Below the pieces are notes generated by a model that was not told the DNA's origin, did no database searches, and worked only from the letters and a program-made list of their open reading frames with translations. From positions 1,665,760 through 1,729,759 of the forward strand of contig OZ244038.1 in NCBI GenBank assembly GCA_965215145.1: 64,000 nucleotides of DNA. Direction: 5' to 3'. Source of the stretch: Rhodothermales bacterium. GTDB lineage: Bacteria; Bacteroidota; Rhodothermia; Rhodothermales; JANQRZ01. Shown here piece after piece: positions 27,370 through 36,231 of the stretch; position 1 is the stretch's first letter, and each line of letters starts with the position of its first letter. The translations under genes were made by a program, and so were the position numbers.

Positions 27370-28926
27370 ATGCGCTCGACCGCCCGCCACCCGGCGCGCT
27401 GGGCCGCCCTGGCCCTGGCCGCCGCGCTCGTCCTCCCCGCCCTCGCTCCCCCCGCCCTCGCTCAGTCCCCGGCCGCGCTGGACTTCGTCTGGACCGGCGC
27501 CATCACGCCGACCACGGTGCGCGTCACGGGCGGCTTCGTCGGCGAGCCCGGCGTGTTCCGCCTCGCCGTGGTGACGGAGGAGGCCCACGCTGAGAGCGGG
27601 TTCGAGGGGGCGACCTACACCGACGCCCGGACGATCGACGCCGAGGCCGGCACGATCGGGTTCCCCGTGGAGGGCCTCGAGCCGGGCACCCGCTACCGCT
27701 ACGCCGTCGAGGTCGACGACGTCCTCGCGATCGGGCTGACGGGGCGGTTCCGCACGCCGGAGGACAGGCCGTTCTCGTTCCGCGTGGCGATGGGGGGCTG
27801 CGCCGAGACCGGCTCTGACCGCCCCGTCTTCGACGTCATCCGCCGCCAGCGGCCCCTCTTCTTCCTCCACCTCGGCGACCTCCACTACGAGGACATCTCG
27901 GCCCCCGACCCCGCCGCCTACCGCGCCGCCTACCGCGAGGTCCTCGCCTCCCCGGCGCAGGCCCGCCTCTTCCGCTCGACGCCGGTGGTCTACATGTGGG
28001 ACGACCACGACTACGGCCCCAACAACTCCGACATGCGCGCGCCCGGCCGCGACGACGCCCGCCGGGCCTACCAGGACATCGTGCCGCACTACCCCCTCGG
28101 GCTGGGCGAGGGCGACGTCCCGCTGGCGCAGGCGTTCACCGTCGGCCGCGTCCGCTTCATCGTGACCGACCTCCGCTCGAACCGCGAGCCGCGCCAGCCG
28201 TGGCGGCCCTACCCCTCGATGATGGGCGCCGACCAGAAGGCGTGGTTCCTCGACCAGCTCCTCCAGGCGAAGGACGAGGCCGCCCTCACCGTCTGGGTCT
28301 CGACCGTCCCGTGGATCGACGACCCGGACCCGACGGACGACACGTGGGGCGGCTACGCCCGCGAGCGTCGCGAGATCGCCGACTTCATCGTCGAGAACGG
28401 GATCGAGAACCTCGTCGTGCTCGGCGGCGACGCCCACATGATCGCGATGGACGACGGCTCGAACAGCAACTACTCCAGCCAGCCCGGCGACGCGTTCCCG
28501 GTGATCCAGGCGGCTGCGCTGGACCGCCCCGGCTCGCGCAAGGGCGGCCCGTACAGCGAGGGCGCCTTCCCGAACCCGTCCGTCATCCCGCCCCACGACG
28601 GGCAGTGGGTGCTGATGGAGGTCGAGGACGACGGCGGCGGCGAGGTCTGCGCCTCGTGGCGCGGGCTGCGCACGAAGTGGAACCGCCCGAGCACCCGTCC
28701 GGTCGTCCGCTACGAGCGGTGCTTCGAGACGGAGCCCGCCCCCGTGGCCGAGGAGGAAGCGGGGGAGGCGGCCGAGGAGGGCCGAGCCGTGCCTACCCCG
28801 GAGGCCGCGGGCGGGGGTGACGGCAGGCCGCGCCCGCCGCGGATCGAGCGGGTCCGCCCCGCCGCGCCGGCCGACTCCACGGCGCCGACCGACACCTCGT
28901 CCACGCCGCGCAGCAGGAGGCGCTGA
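27370..28926 (+). CDS. PhoD-like alkaline phosphatase/phosphodiesterase
   Basis: A signal peptide is present. FLHLGDLHYED, MWDDHDYGPNN and LGGDAHMIAMDDG are the metallophosphatase core. An Ala/Glu/Pro-rich C-terminal tail follows. Confidence 0.85.
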   Translation: MRSTARHPARWAALALAAALVLPALAPPALAQSPAALDFVWTGAITPTTVRVTGGFVGEPGVFRLAVVTEEAHAESGFEGATYTDARTIDAEAGTIGFPVEGLEPGTRYRYAVEVDDVLAIGLTGRFRTPEDRPFSFRVAMGGCAETGSDRPVFDVIRRQRPLFFLHLGDLHYEDISAPDPAAYRAAYREVLASPAQARLFRSTPVVYMWDDHDYGPNNSDMRAPGRDDARRAYQDIVPHYPLGLGEGDVPLAQAFTVGRVRFIVTDLRSNREPRQPWRPYPSMMGADQKAWFLDQLLQAKDEAALTVWVSTVPWIDDPDPTDDTWGGYARERREIADFIVENGIENLVVLGGDAHMIAMDDGSNSNYSSQPGDAFPVIQAAALDRPGSRKGGPYSEGAFPNPSVIPPHDGQWVLMEVEDDGGGEVCASWRGLRTKWNRPSTRPVVRYERCFETEPAPVAEEEAGEAAEEGRAVPTPEAAGGGDGRPRPPRIERVRPAAPADSTAPTDTSSTPRSRRR

Positions 28927-30323
28927 TGCGGCGGCTCCCGACTCCCACCGGGGCCGCCCTCCTGCTCCTCGCTCTGCTCCTCCTCCCGCTTCTGGGAGGG
29001 TGCCGTGAGGCGCGGCCCGGCGCCCGACGGTCATCGGTCGACGCGCCCGCCGGCGGGTTCCTCTGGGCCGGCGCGCTCGCGCCGCGCTCCGTCCGGATCA
29101 CGGCGTCGTTCGCCCGCCCCGACAGCGCCGCCCGGTTCGTCGTCGCGGCCGAGGGCGACACGCTGCGCTCGGCGCCGCTCGGCGTGCCCGAGGGCGGGGG
29201 GGTCCTTTCGGCCGTCGTCCGGGGGCTCACGCCGGGGACGGGCTACCGCTACGGGGTCGAGACGGCCGCGCGGCCGGCGGCGCTCCGGGGCGCCTTCACG
29301 ACGCCGGAGGACGGGCCGTTCCCGTTCCGCGTGGCGATGAGCGGCTGCGCCCGGACGGGCTCCTCCAGCCGCGTCTTCGACGCCATCCGCCGCGCGGACC
29401 CTCTCTTCTTCCTCCACCTCGGCGACTTCCACTACGAGGACCTCACGGCCACCGAGCCGGCGTTCTACCGGCGGGCGTGGAGGGCGGCGCTCGCGGCCCC
29501 GGCTCAGTCCCGCCTCTACCGCAGCGCCCCCGTCGCCTACGTCTGGGACGACCACGACTTCGGCCCCAACAACGCGAACCGCCTCGCGCCGGGGCGGACG
29601 GCGGCGCGGGCGGCGTACCAGGAGGTCGTCCCGCACTACCCGCTGGCGCTGGGGGAGGGGGACGTCCCCATCGCGCAGGCGTTCACCGTCGGCCGCGTCC
29701 GCTTCGTCCTCACCGACCTCCGCTCCGAGCGCGACCCTCAGGGCCTCGGGGCGATGGCCGAGCGGACCATGCTCGGCGAGCGGCAGAAGGAGTGGCTGAA
29801 GGCAGAGTTCCTCCGCGCCCGCGGCGCCGGCCTCGTCACCGCGTGGGTCTCGACGGTCCCCTGGATCGCCCCGGCGCTCGACGGCGCCGACCACTGGGGG
29901 GGGTACGCGGCCGAGCGCGAGGAACTCGCCCGGTTCATGGCGGAGAACGGCATCGACAACGTCGCCATCCTTTCTGGCGACGCCCACATGGTCGCCTTCG
30001 ACGACGGCTCGAACAGCGGCTTCGCGCCCGGTGCCGACAGCGGGCCGCCCGTCGTCCAGGCCGCCTCGCTCGACCAGTTCGGCTCGGTCAAGGGTGGGCC
30101 GTACTCGGAGGGGCCGTTCCCCGCCGACCTCGTCCCGCCCTTCGACGGGCAGTGGGTGCAGATGGACGTGGAGGACGACGGCGGCCCCGAGGTCTGCCTC
30201 GGCTGGACCGGCTACCGCACGGACTGGACCACGGGCCGGACGACGCCGCTCGCCACGCTGCGCCGATGCTTCGCCGTCCCCGAGCCCCGGCCGGACGCGC
30301 TCCAGATCACCGCCGTCCCGTAG
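28926..30323 (+). CDS. PhoD-like alkaline phosphatase/phosphodiesterase lipoprotein (tandem paralog)
   Basis: TGATG overlap with the upstream paralog. A lipobox LLPLLGGC is present. FLHLGDFHYED, VWDDHDFGPNN and LSGDAHMVAFDDG are present. Confidence 0.85.
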   Translation: MRRLPTPTGAALLLLALLLLPLLGGCREARPGARRSSVDAPAGGFLWAGALAPRSVRITASFARPDSAARFVVAAEGDTLRSAPLGVPEGGGVLSAVVRGLTPGTGYRYGVETAARPAALRGAFTTPEDGPFPFRVAMSGCARTGSSSRVFDAIRRADPLFFLHLGDFHYEDLTATEPAFYRRAWRAALAAPAQSRLYRSAPVAYVWDDHDFGPNNANRLAPGRTAARAAYQEVVPHYPLALGEGDVPIAQAFTVGRVRFVLTDLRSERDPQGLGAMAERTMLGERQKEWLKAEFLRARGAGLVTAWVSTVPWIAPALDGADHWGGYAAEREELARFMAENGIDNVAILSGDAHMVAFDDGSNSGFAPGADSGPPVVQAASLDQFGSVKGGPYSEGPFPADLVPPFDGQWVQMDVEDDGGPEVCLGWTGYRTDWTTGRTTPLATLRRCFAVPEPRPDALQITAVP

Positions 30324-30348
30324 GGGCGTGATCAATTACGCCCCTACG
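30319..30348. repeat. GTAGGGGCGT palindrome acting as probable bidirectional terminator; contains both convergent stop codons
   Basis: CGTAGGGGCGT-GATCAATT-ACGCCCCTACG. TAG at 30321-30323 ends the PhoD paralog. CTA at 30344-30346 is the stop of the minus-strand GH31 gene. Confidence 0.75.
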
Positions 30349-32833
30349 CCGTCACTCCCACCGTCTCCACGTCCGTCCGCGTGCGGAGGCGGAGGCGGCC
30401 GTCGCGGACGGTGAACGCCGCCTCAGCCGCCGCGAACGCCTTAGGGTTGTCGAGCCGCTCCAACGGCTCCCCGTTGACGGTGACGCTGGTAGGCTCGGCG
30501 GCGAGGCCGGAGAGCGGGACCTGCCACTCGAAGGCGCGGTGGGGGAGGTCTGCTTCCCCTTCGCGCGCGAGGCGGAAGCGGAGACCGTTCCTATCCAACT
30601 CCTGCTGGATCGTGAGGCGGTGGTAGTCGCCGCGCTGGAAGGCATAGGAGATGCCGTCGTCGTGGTAGAGCGTCGAGGTGCCCGTGCCGGGGTAGGCGCG
30701 GAGGACGAGCGTCTCGGGCGGCGGCTCGGCCGTCGAGAGCCGGAACCCCTGCATCGGGACGACGGCGCCGGCGCGGGCGAACAGCGGGAGCACGTCGAGC
30801 GGCGCGTTCACCTCTCGCTCCTGCCCGCCCGCTATGCGCTCGTCGGTCCAGAAGTTGAACCACCCGCCGGGCACGTCGGGGAAGTAGACGCTCCGGCCCG
30901 TCGCGCCCTCCGTCATGACCGGCGCCATCATCAGCGCGGGGCCGACGTAGAACTGGTCGTCGGCGCGGTGGGTGCGGGGGTCGTGCTGGTGCTCCAGCGC
31001 GAGCGCCTTCATCGGCGGCGCGGCCGTCCGGCAGCACTCCGCGAAGGCGGTGTAGAGGTACGGCATCAGCTCGTACCGCAGGCCGATGTACTTCCGGCAG
31101 ATGGCCTCGACCTCCTCGCCGAAGCTCCACGGCTCCTGCCGGTCCGTCTCCTCGTGGGAGTAGTGCGTGCGCATGAACGGGTAGCCGAGGCCGGCCTGCA
31201 TCCAGCGGGCGTAGAGCTCCGGCGTCGGCTGCCCGGCGAAGCCGCCGATGTCCGGCCCGCAGAAGGCGAGGCCGGAGAGGGACAGGCTCTGGCAGATGCG
31301 CAGCGACAGCAGGAGGTGCTCCCACGACGAGACGTTGTCGCCCGTCCACGCGGCGGCGTAGCGCTGGCTCCCGGCGAAACACGCGCGCGTCAGCAGGAAC
31401 GGGCGCTCGTCCGGCCGCAGCCGCCGCAGCCCCTCGGCCGTGGCGCGGGCCATGAGGAGCCCGTAGGCGTTGTGGCCCTCGCGGTGGTCGGCGCCCCGGC
31501 CGTCCCAGTCGAACCGGACGTCGTCGGGGAAGGTGGCGCCGCCGAGGACGGCGGGCTCGTTCATGTCGTTCCAGAACCCCGTGACGCCGGCGTCTAGGTA
31601 GCGCTCGTGGAGGCGGCCCCACCACGCCCGCGCGTCGGGGTCGGAGAAGTCGGGCCAGTGGACGGCGCCGGGCCAGACGGTCCCGGTGAAGAACGAGCCG
31701 TCGGGGGTCTCGTGGAAGTACCACCGCGCGCGGCCCTCGGCGTAGGCGAAGTAGCCCTCGTCGATCTTCACGCCGGGGTCCACGATCACGACCGTCTTCA
31801 CGCCGAGCGCGTCGAGGTCGGCGGTGAGGGCCTGCGGGTCGGGGAACGCGCCGGGGTCGAAGGTGAAGACGCGGTACCCGTCCATGTGCCCGATGTCGAG
31901 GTGGACGCAGTCGAGGGGGATGCCGCGGCGGCGGAACTCGTGGGCGATCCAGCGGGCGTAGCCGTCGTCGTGGTAGTTCCACCGGCTCTGGTGGTAGCCG
32001 AGGCTCCAGCGCGGCGGCATCGGCTTGTGGCCGGTGAGGTCGCCGTAGCGGCGGAGGACGTGCCGGAGGTCCGGCCCGGCGAAGACGTAGTACCGCAGCT
32101 CCCCGCCGACGGCGCCGAAGTGCCATCGCTCCTCGCTCGCCGCGCCGAGGTCGAACTCGGACAGGTACGTGTTGTCGAAGAGGAGGCCGTACCCGTTCCA
32201 CCGCCCGTTCGCCCCCTCGTGGAGGCCCATCAGGAACGGGATCGACTTGTAGATCGGGTCCTGCTCGGGGGCGTAGGCGTAGGTGTCGGAGTTCCAGAGC
32301 GTGTAGGCGTGGCCCCGCCGGTCGAGGGGGAACGTCTTGTCGCCGAGGCCGAAGAACCGCTCGCGCGGCCCCACCTGTTTCCAGCACCGCACGGCCGTCA
32401 GGTCGCCCTCGCCGTCAGCCGCGTGGGCGAACCCGACCCCGGCGGCGTCCGAGAGCAGCAGGTAGCCGTCCGGGGTGAAGACCTGGAGCCGCACGGGGTC
32501 CTTCTCGACCCGCAGCCTCATCCGCTCGGTTTCCACGATGAGGTGATCGCCGCGGTCGTCCACGGCGATCGCGGGGTGCGGCCAGGGGTAGCCGTCATCG
32601 ACGGCGTAGGAGAACGGCTCGGCCTCGTCGAACCGCCCGCTCGGCGCGAGGCGGACGCGGAGCACGTCGGCGTCGAGGAAGGTCACGGCCAGCAGCGGGC
32701 CGCCGGCCTCTAGGAAGAGCGTGCTGCCCTCCACGCGGTAACCCGTGAGCGCGCCGAGCACGGTGAACCGCTCGTCCGGAAGGGTGGCGAAGTCGGCCGG
32801 GGCGGCGGGCGCGGCGTCGGAGTATGTGCTCAT
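30344..32833 (-). CDS. Glycoside hydrolase family 31 alpha-glucosidase
   Basis: GFWNDMNEP carries the catalytic nucleophile. WTGDNVSSWEHL is also present. 829 aa. Confidence 0.92.
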   Translation of the reverse strand: MSTYSDAAPAAPADFATLPDERFTVLGALTGYRVEGSTLFLEAGGPLLAVTFLDADVLRVRLAPSGRFDEAEPFSYAVDDGYPWPHPAIAVDDRGDHLIVETERMRLRVEKDPVRLQVFTPDGYLLLSDAAGVGFAHAADGEGDLTAVRCWKQVGPRERFFGLGDKTFPLDRRGHAYTLWNSDTYAYAPEQDPIYKSIPFLMGLHEGANGRWNGYGLLFDNTYLSEFDLGAASEERWHFGAVGGELRYYVFAGPDLRHVLRRYGDLTGHKPMPPRWSLGYHQSRWNYHDDGYARWIAHEFRRRGIPLDCVHLDIGHMDGYRVFTFDPGAFPDPQALTADLDALGVKTVVIVDPGVKIDEGYFAYAEGRARWYFHETPDGSFFTGTVWPGAVHWPDFSDPDARAWWGRLHERYLDAGVTGFWNDMNEPAVLGGATFPDDVRFDWDGRGADHREGHNAYGLLMARATAEGLRRLRPDERPFLLTRACFAGSQRYAAAWTGDNVSSWEHLLLSLRICQSLSLSGLAFCGPDIGGFAGQPTPELYARWMQAGLGYPFMRTHYSHEETDRQEPWSFGEEVEAICRKYIGLRYELMPYLYTAFAECCRTAAPPMKALALEHQHDPRTHRADDQFYVGPALMMAPVMTEGATGRSVYFPDVPGGWFNFWTDERIAGGQEREVNAPLDVLPLFARAGAVVPMQGFRLSTAEPPPETLVLRAYPGTGTSTLYHDDGISYAFQRGDYHRLTIQQELDRNGLRFRLAREGEADLPHRAFEWQVPLSGLAAEPTSVTVNGEPLERLDNPKAFAAAEAAFTVRDGRLRLRTRTDVETVGVTA

Positions 32834-32980
32834 CGTCGGGGCTTCGTGGAGAGGTCCGCGAAGCTACCGGCTGCGGTCGGGGCGGCGCGAGGCGGAAGCG
32901 CTTCGTTCGCGGGTTCTTCGGACCCCCCGCCGCGTTTGCATTCGCTCGCCGAGCCTGCGGCTCCACTCGCTCCTGGCAGC

Positions 32981-33024
32981 ACGCGGCTGTCCCCCTTCTG
33001 AAGCGGGACGGGGGGTCCCGCCGG
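32981..33024 (+). repeat. Partial copy (C) of the composite intergenic repeat
   Basis: CGCGGCTGTCCCCCTTCTGAAGCGGGACGGGGGGTCC shares its first 16 nt with copy A (minus strand). Confidence 0.5.
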
Positions 33025-33026
33025 AG

Positions 33027-35315
33027 TCACCCTACGTTCAGCCCTTCGAGGTACTCCGCGAGGGCCTCCTGCAATTCCTCGAAGCGCTGGCGTCGCTCGG
33101 CCGCCTCCTCGCGGAGCCGCTCGATCTCGCGCTCCACGGCCTCGAGCTTCTGGAGCTGCTCGCGGTAGAAGCCGCGGTCCTCCGGGACAGTGCGGAGGTT
33201 CTGGCGGATGCGGGCTTGCTCCTCGTCGAGCCCGTTCAGGCGGCGCTCGGTCTGCTCCAGCTCCCGCTCGGCACGGGCGAGCGCGCGCTGCCGGGCGACG
33301 GCCTCGTCGAGCGCGGCGCGGACCTCGGCCGGGAGCCGCCCACCCCGGACGAACGCCGCGAGGCGGTCCGGGTCGCGGCGGACCATGTCGCCGAGGACGA
33401 CCACCTGCGTCTGGAGCTGTTCCTCGCGGACGACCAGCGTCTCGGCATCCCCCGGCCGGACCTCGACGCGGAAGCGGGCGAGGCCGCCGGTGAGCTCGAA
33501 CGGCTCGGGCCGGACGATCTCCGCGTTGCCCCGCTGCGGGTGCTCGATGACGACGGTCTTCCGCCGGTCCCCCTTGTTCTCGACCGTGTAGCTCCGCTCC
33601 GTCACGAACCGCCGCTCAAGCTCCAGCACCCCGTCCACGATCTTCCCGGAGATGACCTCGCCCTCGCCGGAGGCGACAAGATCCTGGGTGACGACGACAT
33701 CGAGGTCCACGGCGTAGGCAGCGAAGCGCTCGCGGCGGGGGGGGAGGTCCGGGAGCTGGGCGTCGCCGGCGTAGGTGCCGTCCTCGAACAGCGTGGCCGG
33801 GCCGGCGGCGAGGTGGAGGTCGGTGGTGTTGGTGAGGCGGAAGCCGCGCATCGGGTGGCGCTCGGGGGCGCCGGGGCCGTAGAGGCTGACCCGCTCGACG
33901 CGGACGCCGGCCGTGACGATGGGGAGCATGGCCGAGCGCTGGCGCGGCAAGCTCACGGCGGGGATGGTGTACTCGAAGAGCTCGCCCACGTCGCCGCCCT
34001 CAGCGGCGGCCTGCACGCTCCGCGTCACGTCCACGTCGGGGGCGACGCGGAGGCCGTCCACGTAGTAATCGACGTCCTCATCTTGACCCCCGCGCGTGTT
34101 CAGGTCAAGGTCTGGCGCTCGGCGCGTGCTCAGCCCCATCACTGCCACCTCGCTCAACTCCCGCGCACCACTCGACAGCCGGAAGTCCACCCGCGCGCCG
34201 CGCCCGGCTAGCCGCACCCGCGCCGTCTGCGGCTCGTACCCGACGAAGCTGGCGACGAGGGTGTAGCTCCCGACGGGCACGCCGCCGATGCGGAACTGGC
34301 CCTGGGTGTTCGTCGCCGCGCCCATCTGCGTCCCCTCGACGCGGACGCTCGCGCCGGGCAGCGCGTCGCCGTCCTCGTCCACGACGCGGCCGGTGATGGT
34401 GCCCGCCGCGACGCCCTCCTCGTAGACCCGCGGCTGCGCGCTCGGCGTCCCGGCCTGCACCCCGACGCGGGGGCGCTCGACGTAGAGCGGGCTGTAGAGG
34501 TCCTGCACGAACGAGATCGGCCGGCCGCTGACGAGGGAGAGCGTGATCCCGTCCCAGTCGCTGTCGGTCTGGTTCTCGACGATGGCCCAGCCCTGGAGCT
34601 CGGCCCGCCCCTCGGCCTCCTCGGGGAGCACGAGCCGGTAGCTGGTCTTCCACACCGGCGCCTCGACGACGTAGGCGAACCGGACGTGCCGCTGCCCACT
34701 CCCGCTGAAGACGAGGCGGACGGGCTTGCCGCCGCTGCCGGCCCGCGCCTCGGCGATGGCCCGGAGCGCGCCGTCGAGCTCCGCCCGCAGCGCGGGGTCC
34801 ACGATTCGGACGGCCTCGGCCGTGTCGAGCCGCACCGTCCGCAGCCCGGCCTCCGTGGCGAGGCTGAGGACGGGGACCGTCGCCGCGCCATCTCCCATCA
34901 TCCTCGGCTGGCCTTCGACGCCGATCACGACGCCGCGCACGGCGCCCCCCGGCGTCACCACCTCGACCTCGGCGCCGGCGAGCTGGCGCAGCACGTCGGG
35001 CAGGCTGCTGCCGCGCGTGAGGTCGATGGCGAAGGCGCGGAGCGTCCGCTCCACCGGCGCCTGCGACGGGTAGACCACCGCCTCGACCCGTCCGCCGGAG
35101 AGGTCCTCGACGACGAGCGACTTCAGCACGTCGTTGAGCTGCTCCTCGGTGAACCGGAGCACGGCGTCGGCGTCGCCCGCGACACTGCCGCCGTGCTGGA
35201 AGAACCCGACGCCGCTGGAGAACAGCACGACGCGCTCGACGGGCACCTCGGCGTCCTGCGCCAACGTCGTTGAAGAGAAAGCGAGGAGGGCGAGCAGGCA
35301 GCCAAACCGCAGCAT
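33027..35315 (-). CDS. Large secreted protein, DUF4139-like, with embedded CarboxypepD_reg-like domain and C-terminal coiled coil
   Basis: The ATG at 35315 gives signal MLRFGCLLALLAFSSTTLAQ. VVLFSSGVGFFQHGG...LNDVLKSLVVEDLSGG is present. GTITGRVVDEDGDALPGASVRVEGT...GSYTLVASFVGY is CarboxypepD_reg-like. The C-terminus is a heptad-rich ERELEQTERRLNGLDEEQARIRQNL. The family assignment is from memory. Confidence 0.65.
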   Translation of the reverse strand: MLRFGCLLALLAFSSTTLAQDAEVPVERVVLFSSGVGFFQHGGSVAGDADAVLRFTEEQLNDVLKSLVVEDLSGGRVEAVVYPSQAPVERTLRAFAIDLTRGSSLPDVLRQLAGAEVEVVTPGGAVRGVVIGVEGQPRMMGDGAATVPVLSLATEAGLRTVRLDTAEAVRIVDPALRAELDGALRAIAEARAGSGGKPVRLVFSGSGQRHVRFAYVVEAPVWKTSYRLVLPEEAEGRAELQGWAIVENQTDSDWDGITLSLVSGRPISFVQDLYSPLYVERPRVGVQAGTPSAQPRVYEEGVAAGTITGRVVDEDGDALPGASVRVEGTQMGAATNTQGQFRIGGVPVGSYTLVASFVGYEPQTARVRLAGRGARVDFRLSSGARELSEVAVMGLSTRRAPDLDLNTRGGQDEDVDYYVDGLRVAPDVDVTRSVQAAAEGGDVGELFEYTIPAVSLPRQRSAMLPIVTAGVRVERVSLYGPGAPERHPMRGFRLTNTTDLHLAAGPATLFEDGTYAGDAQLPDLPPRRERFAAYAVDLDVVVTQDLVASGEGEVISGKIVDGVLELERRFVTERSYTVENKGDRRKTVVIEHPQRGNAEIVRPEPFELTGGLARFRVEVRPGDAETLVVREEQLQTQVVVLGDMVRRDPDRLAAFVRGGRLPAEVRAALDEAVARQRALARAERELEQTERRLNGLDEEQARIRQNLRTVPEDRGFYREQLQKLEAVEREIERLREEAAERRQRFEELQEALAEYLEGLNVG

Positions 35316-35488
35316 GAGCAGGAAAGGGTCGATGAGCAGGAAGACAGCTAACGTCGCGCTGAACGAGCGGCACAAGGCTACCCCCGGTGTCGGGCACGAG
35401 AAAGGCAGGGGATGCACGGTGCCTCTGCGGACCGCCCGCTCATCGGGCCCATTGCTCCGAGACGAGTCTCGTCGCTCAGGGCCCCACG

Positions 35489-35610
35489 AGCTGTCCCCCC
35501 CGCGGAGCGGGACTTGCAGCTTCTGAAGGGGGACAGTTTGGGGCGTGCCTGAGGGCGGAGCCCGATGCTGCAAGTCCCGCCCTGCGGGGCGCGGCCCGAA
35601 CGGGGGGTGC
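35489..35610 (+). repeat. Composite intergenic repeat element, copy B
   Basis: It shares CCTGAGGGC(G/A)AG..CCGATGCTGCAAG(T/G)CCCGC(C/T)CTGCGGGGCGC.GCC.GAACGGGGGGT with copy A. Internal inverted repeats are 35491-35499/35528-35536 and 35497-35520/35567-35589. Confidence 0.6.
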
Positions 35611-35614
35611 CGCA

Positions 35615-36163
35615 TCACGCCTCCGCCGCCCGCCGGAGCGCCGCCACCGTCCGCGCGAGCTGGTGCTCGTGGTGCTCGGCGTGGGCTTCGAGGAAGCGCA
35701 GCGTGTGGTCGAGCTGCATCGGGCCGCCGACGGGGTGGCGGAGCAGCGCCACGCCGGCCAGCTCCGGAGGGAGAGTCTCCGCGATGCCATGCCACCGCTC
35801 GCCCACCGCCGCCCACCGCTCCCGCAGCGCGTCGAAGCCGAGCTCCCCCTGCGGGTCGATGCCGCGGGCGTCCGCTGGCATCCTCGTCTTAGCCGGCGTC
35901 CGGAGCCACGCCAGCAGCCCCTCGACCGACTTCTCCGACGCCTTCCCCACATCCCTCCGCGCGTCGCCGGCCTGGATCTGCCGGTCCATGAAGTGCGCCA
36001 TCATCTCCTCCGTCAGCAGCAGGTGCTCGCCGATCTGGAGCGGGGACCACGCGCCCATCGCGGGGGGCTGGCGACGCTGCGCCTCGGGGATGTCGGCGAG
36101 GGCGGCAAGGAAGCCGGCGCGGCGGGCGTCGAGCGCGGCGAGGTGCGGGGCGGGGTCGGGCAT
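35615..36163 (-). CDS. DinB-family (DinB_2) metal-binding four-helix protein
   Basis: WSPLQIGEHLLLTEE and FLEAHAEHHEHQL carry the His triad typical of the DinB superfamily. Confidence 0.8.
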   Translation of the reverse strand: MPDPAPHLAALDARRAGFLAALADIPEAQRRQPPAMGAWSPLQIGEHLLLTEEMMAHFMDRQIQAGDARRDVGKASEKSVEGLLAWLRTPAKTRMPADARGIDPQGELGFDALRERWAAVGERWHGIAETLPPELAGVALLRHPVGGPMQLDHTLRFLEAHAEHHEHQLARTVAALRRAAEA

Positions 36164-36189
36164 GGCGGGGTGGGGAGAGGGAAGCGGCC

Positions 36190-36213
36190 GTAGGGGCGTG
36201 ACGAGTCACGCCC
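36190..36213. repeat. GTAGGGGCGT-type hairpin between VIT-vWA and DinB genes
   Basis: GTAGGGGCGTGA-CGAG-TCACGCCC. Confidence 0.65.
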
Positions 36214-36231
36214 GAGGATACCGCGCCCGCG

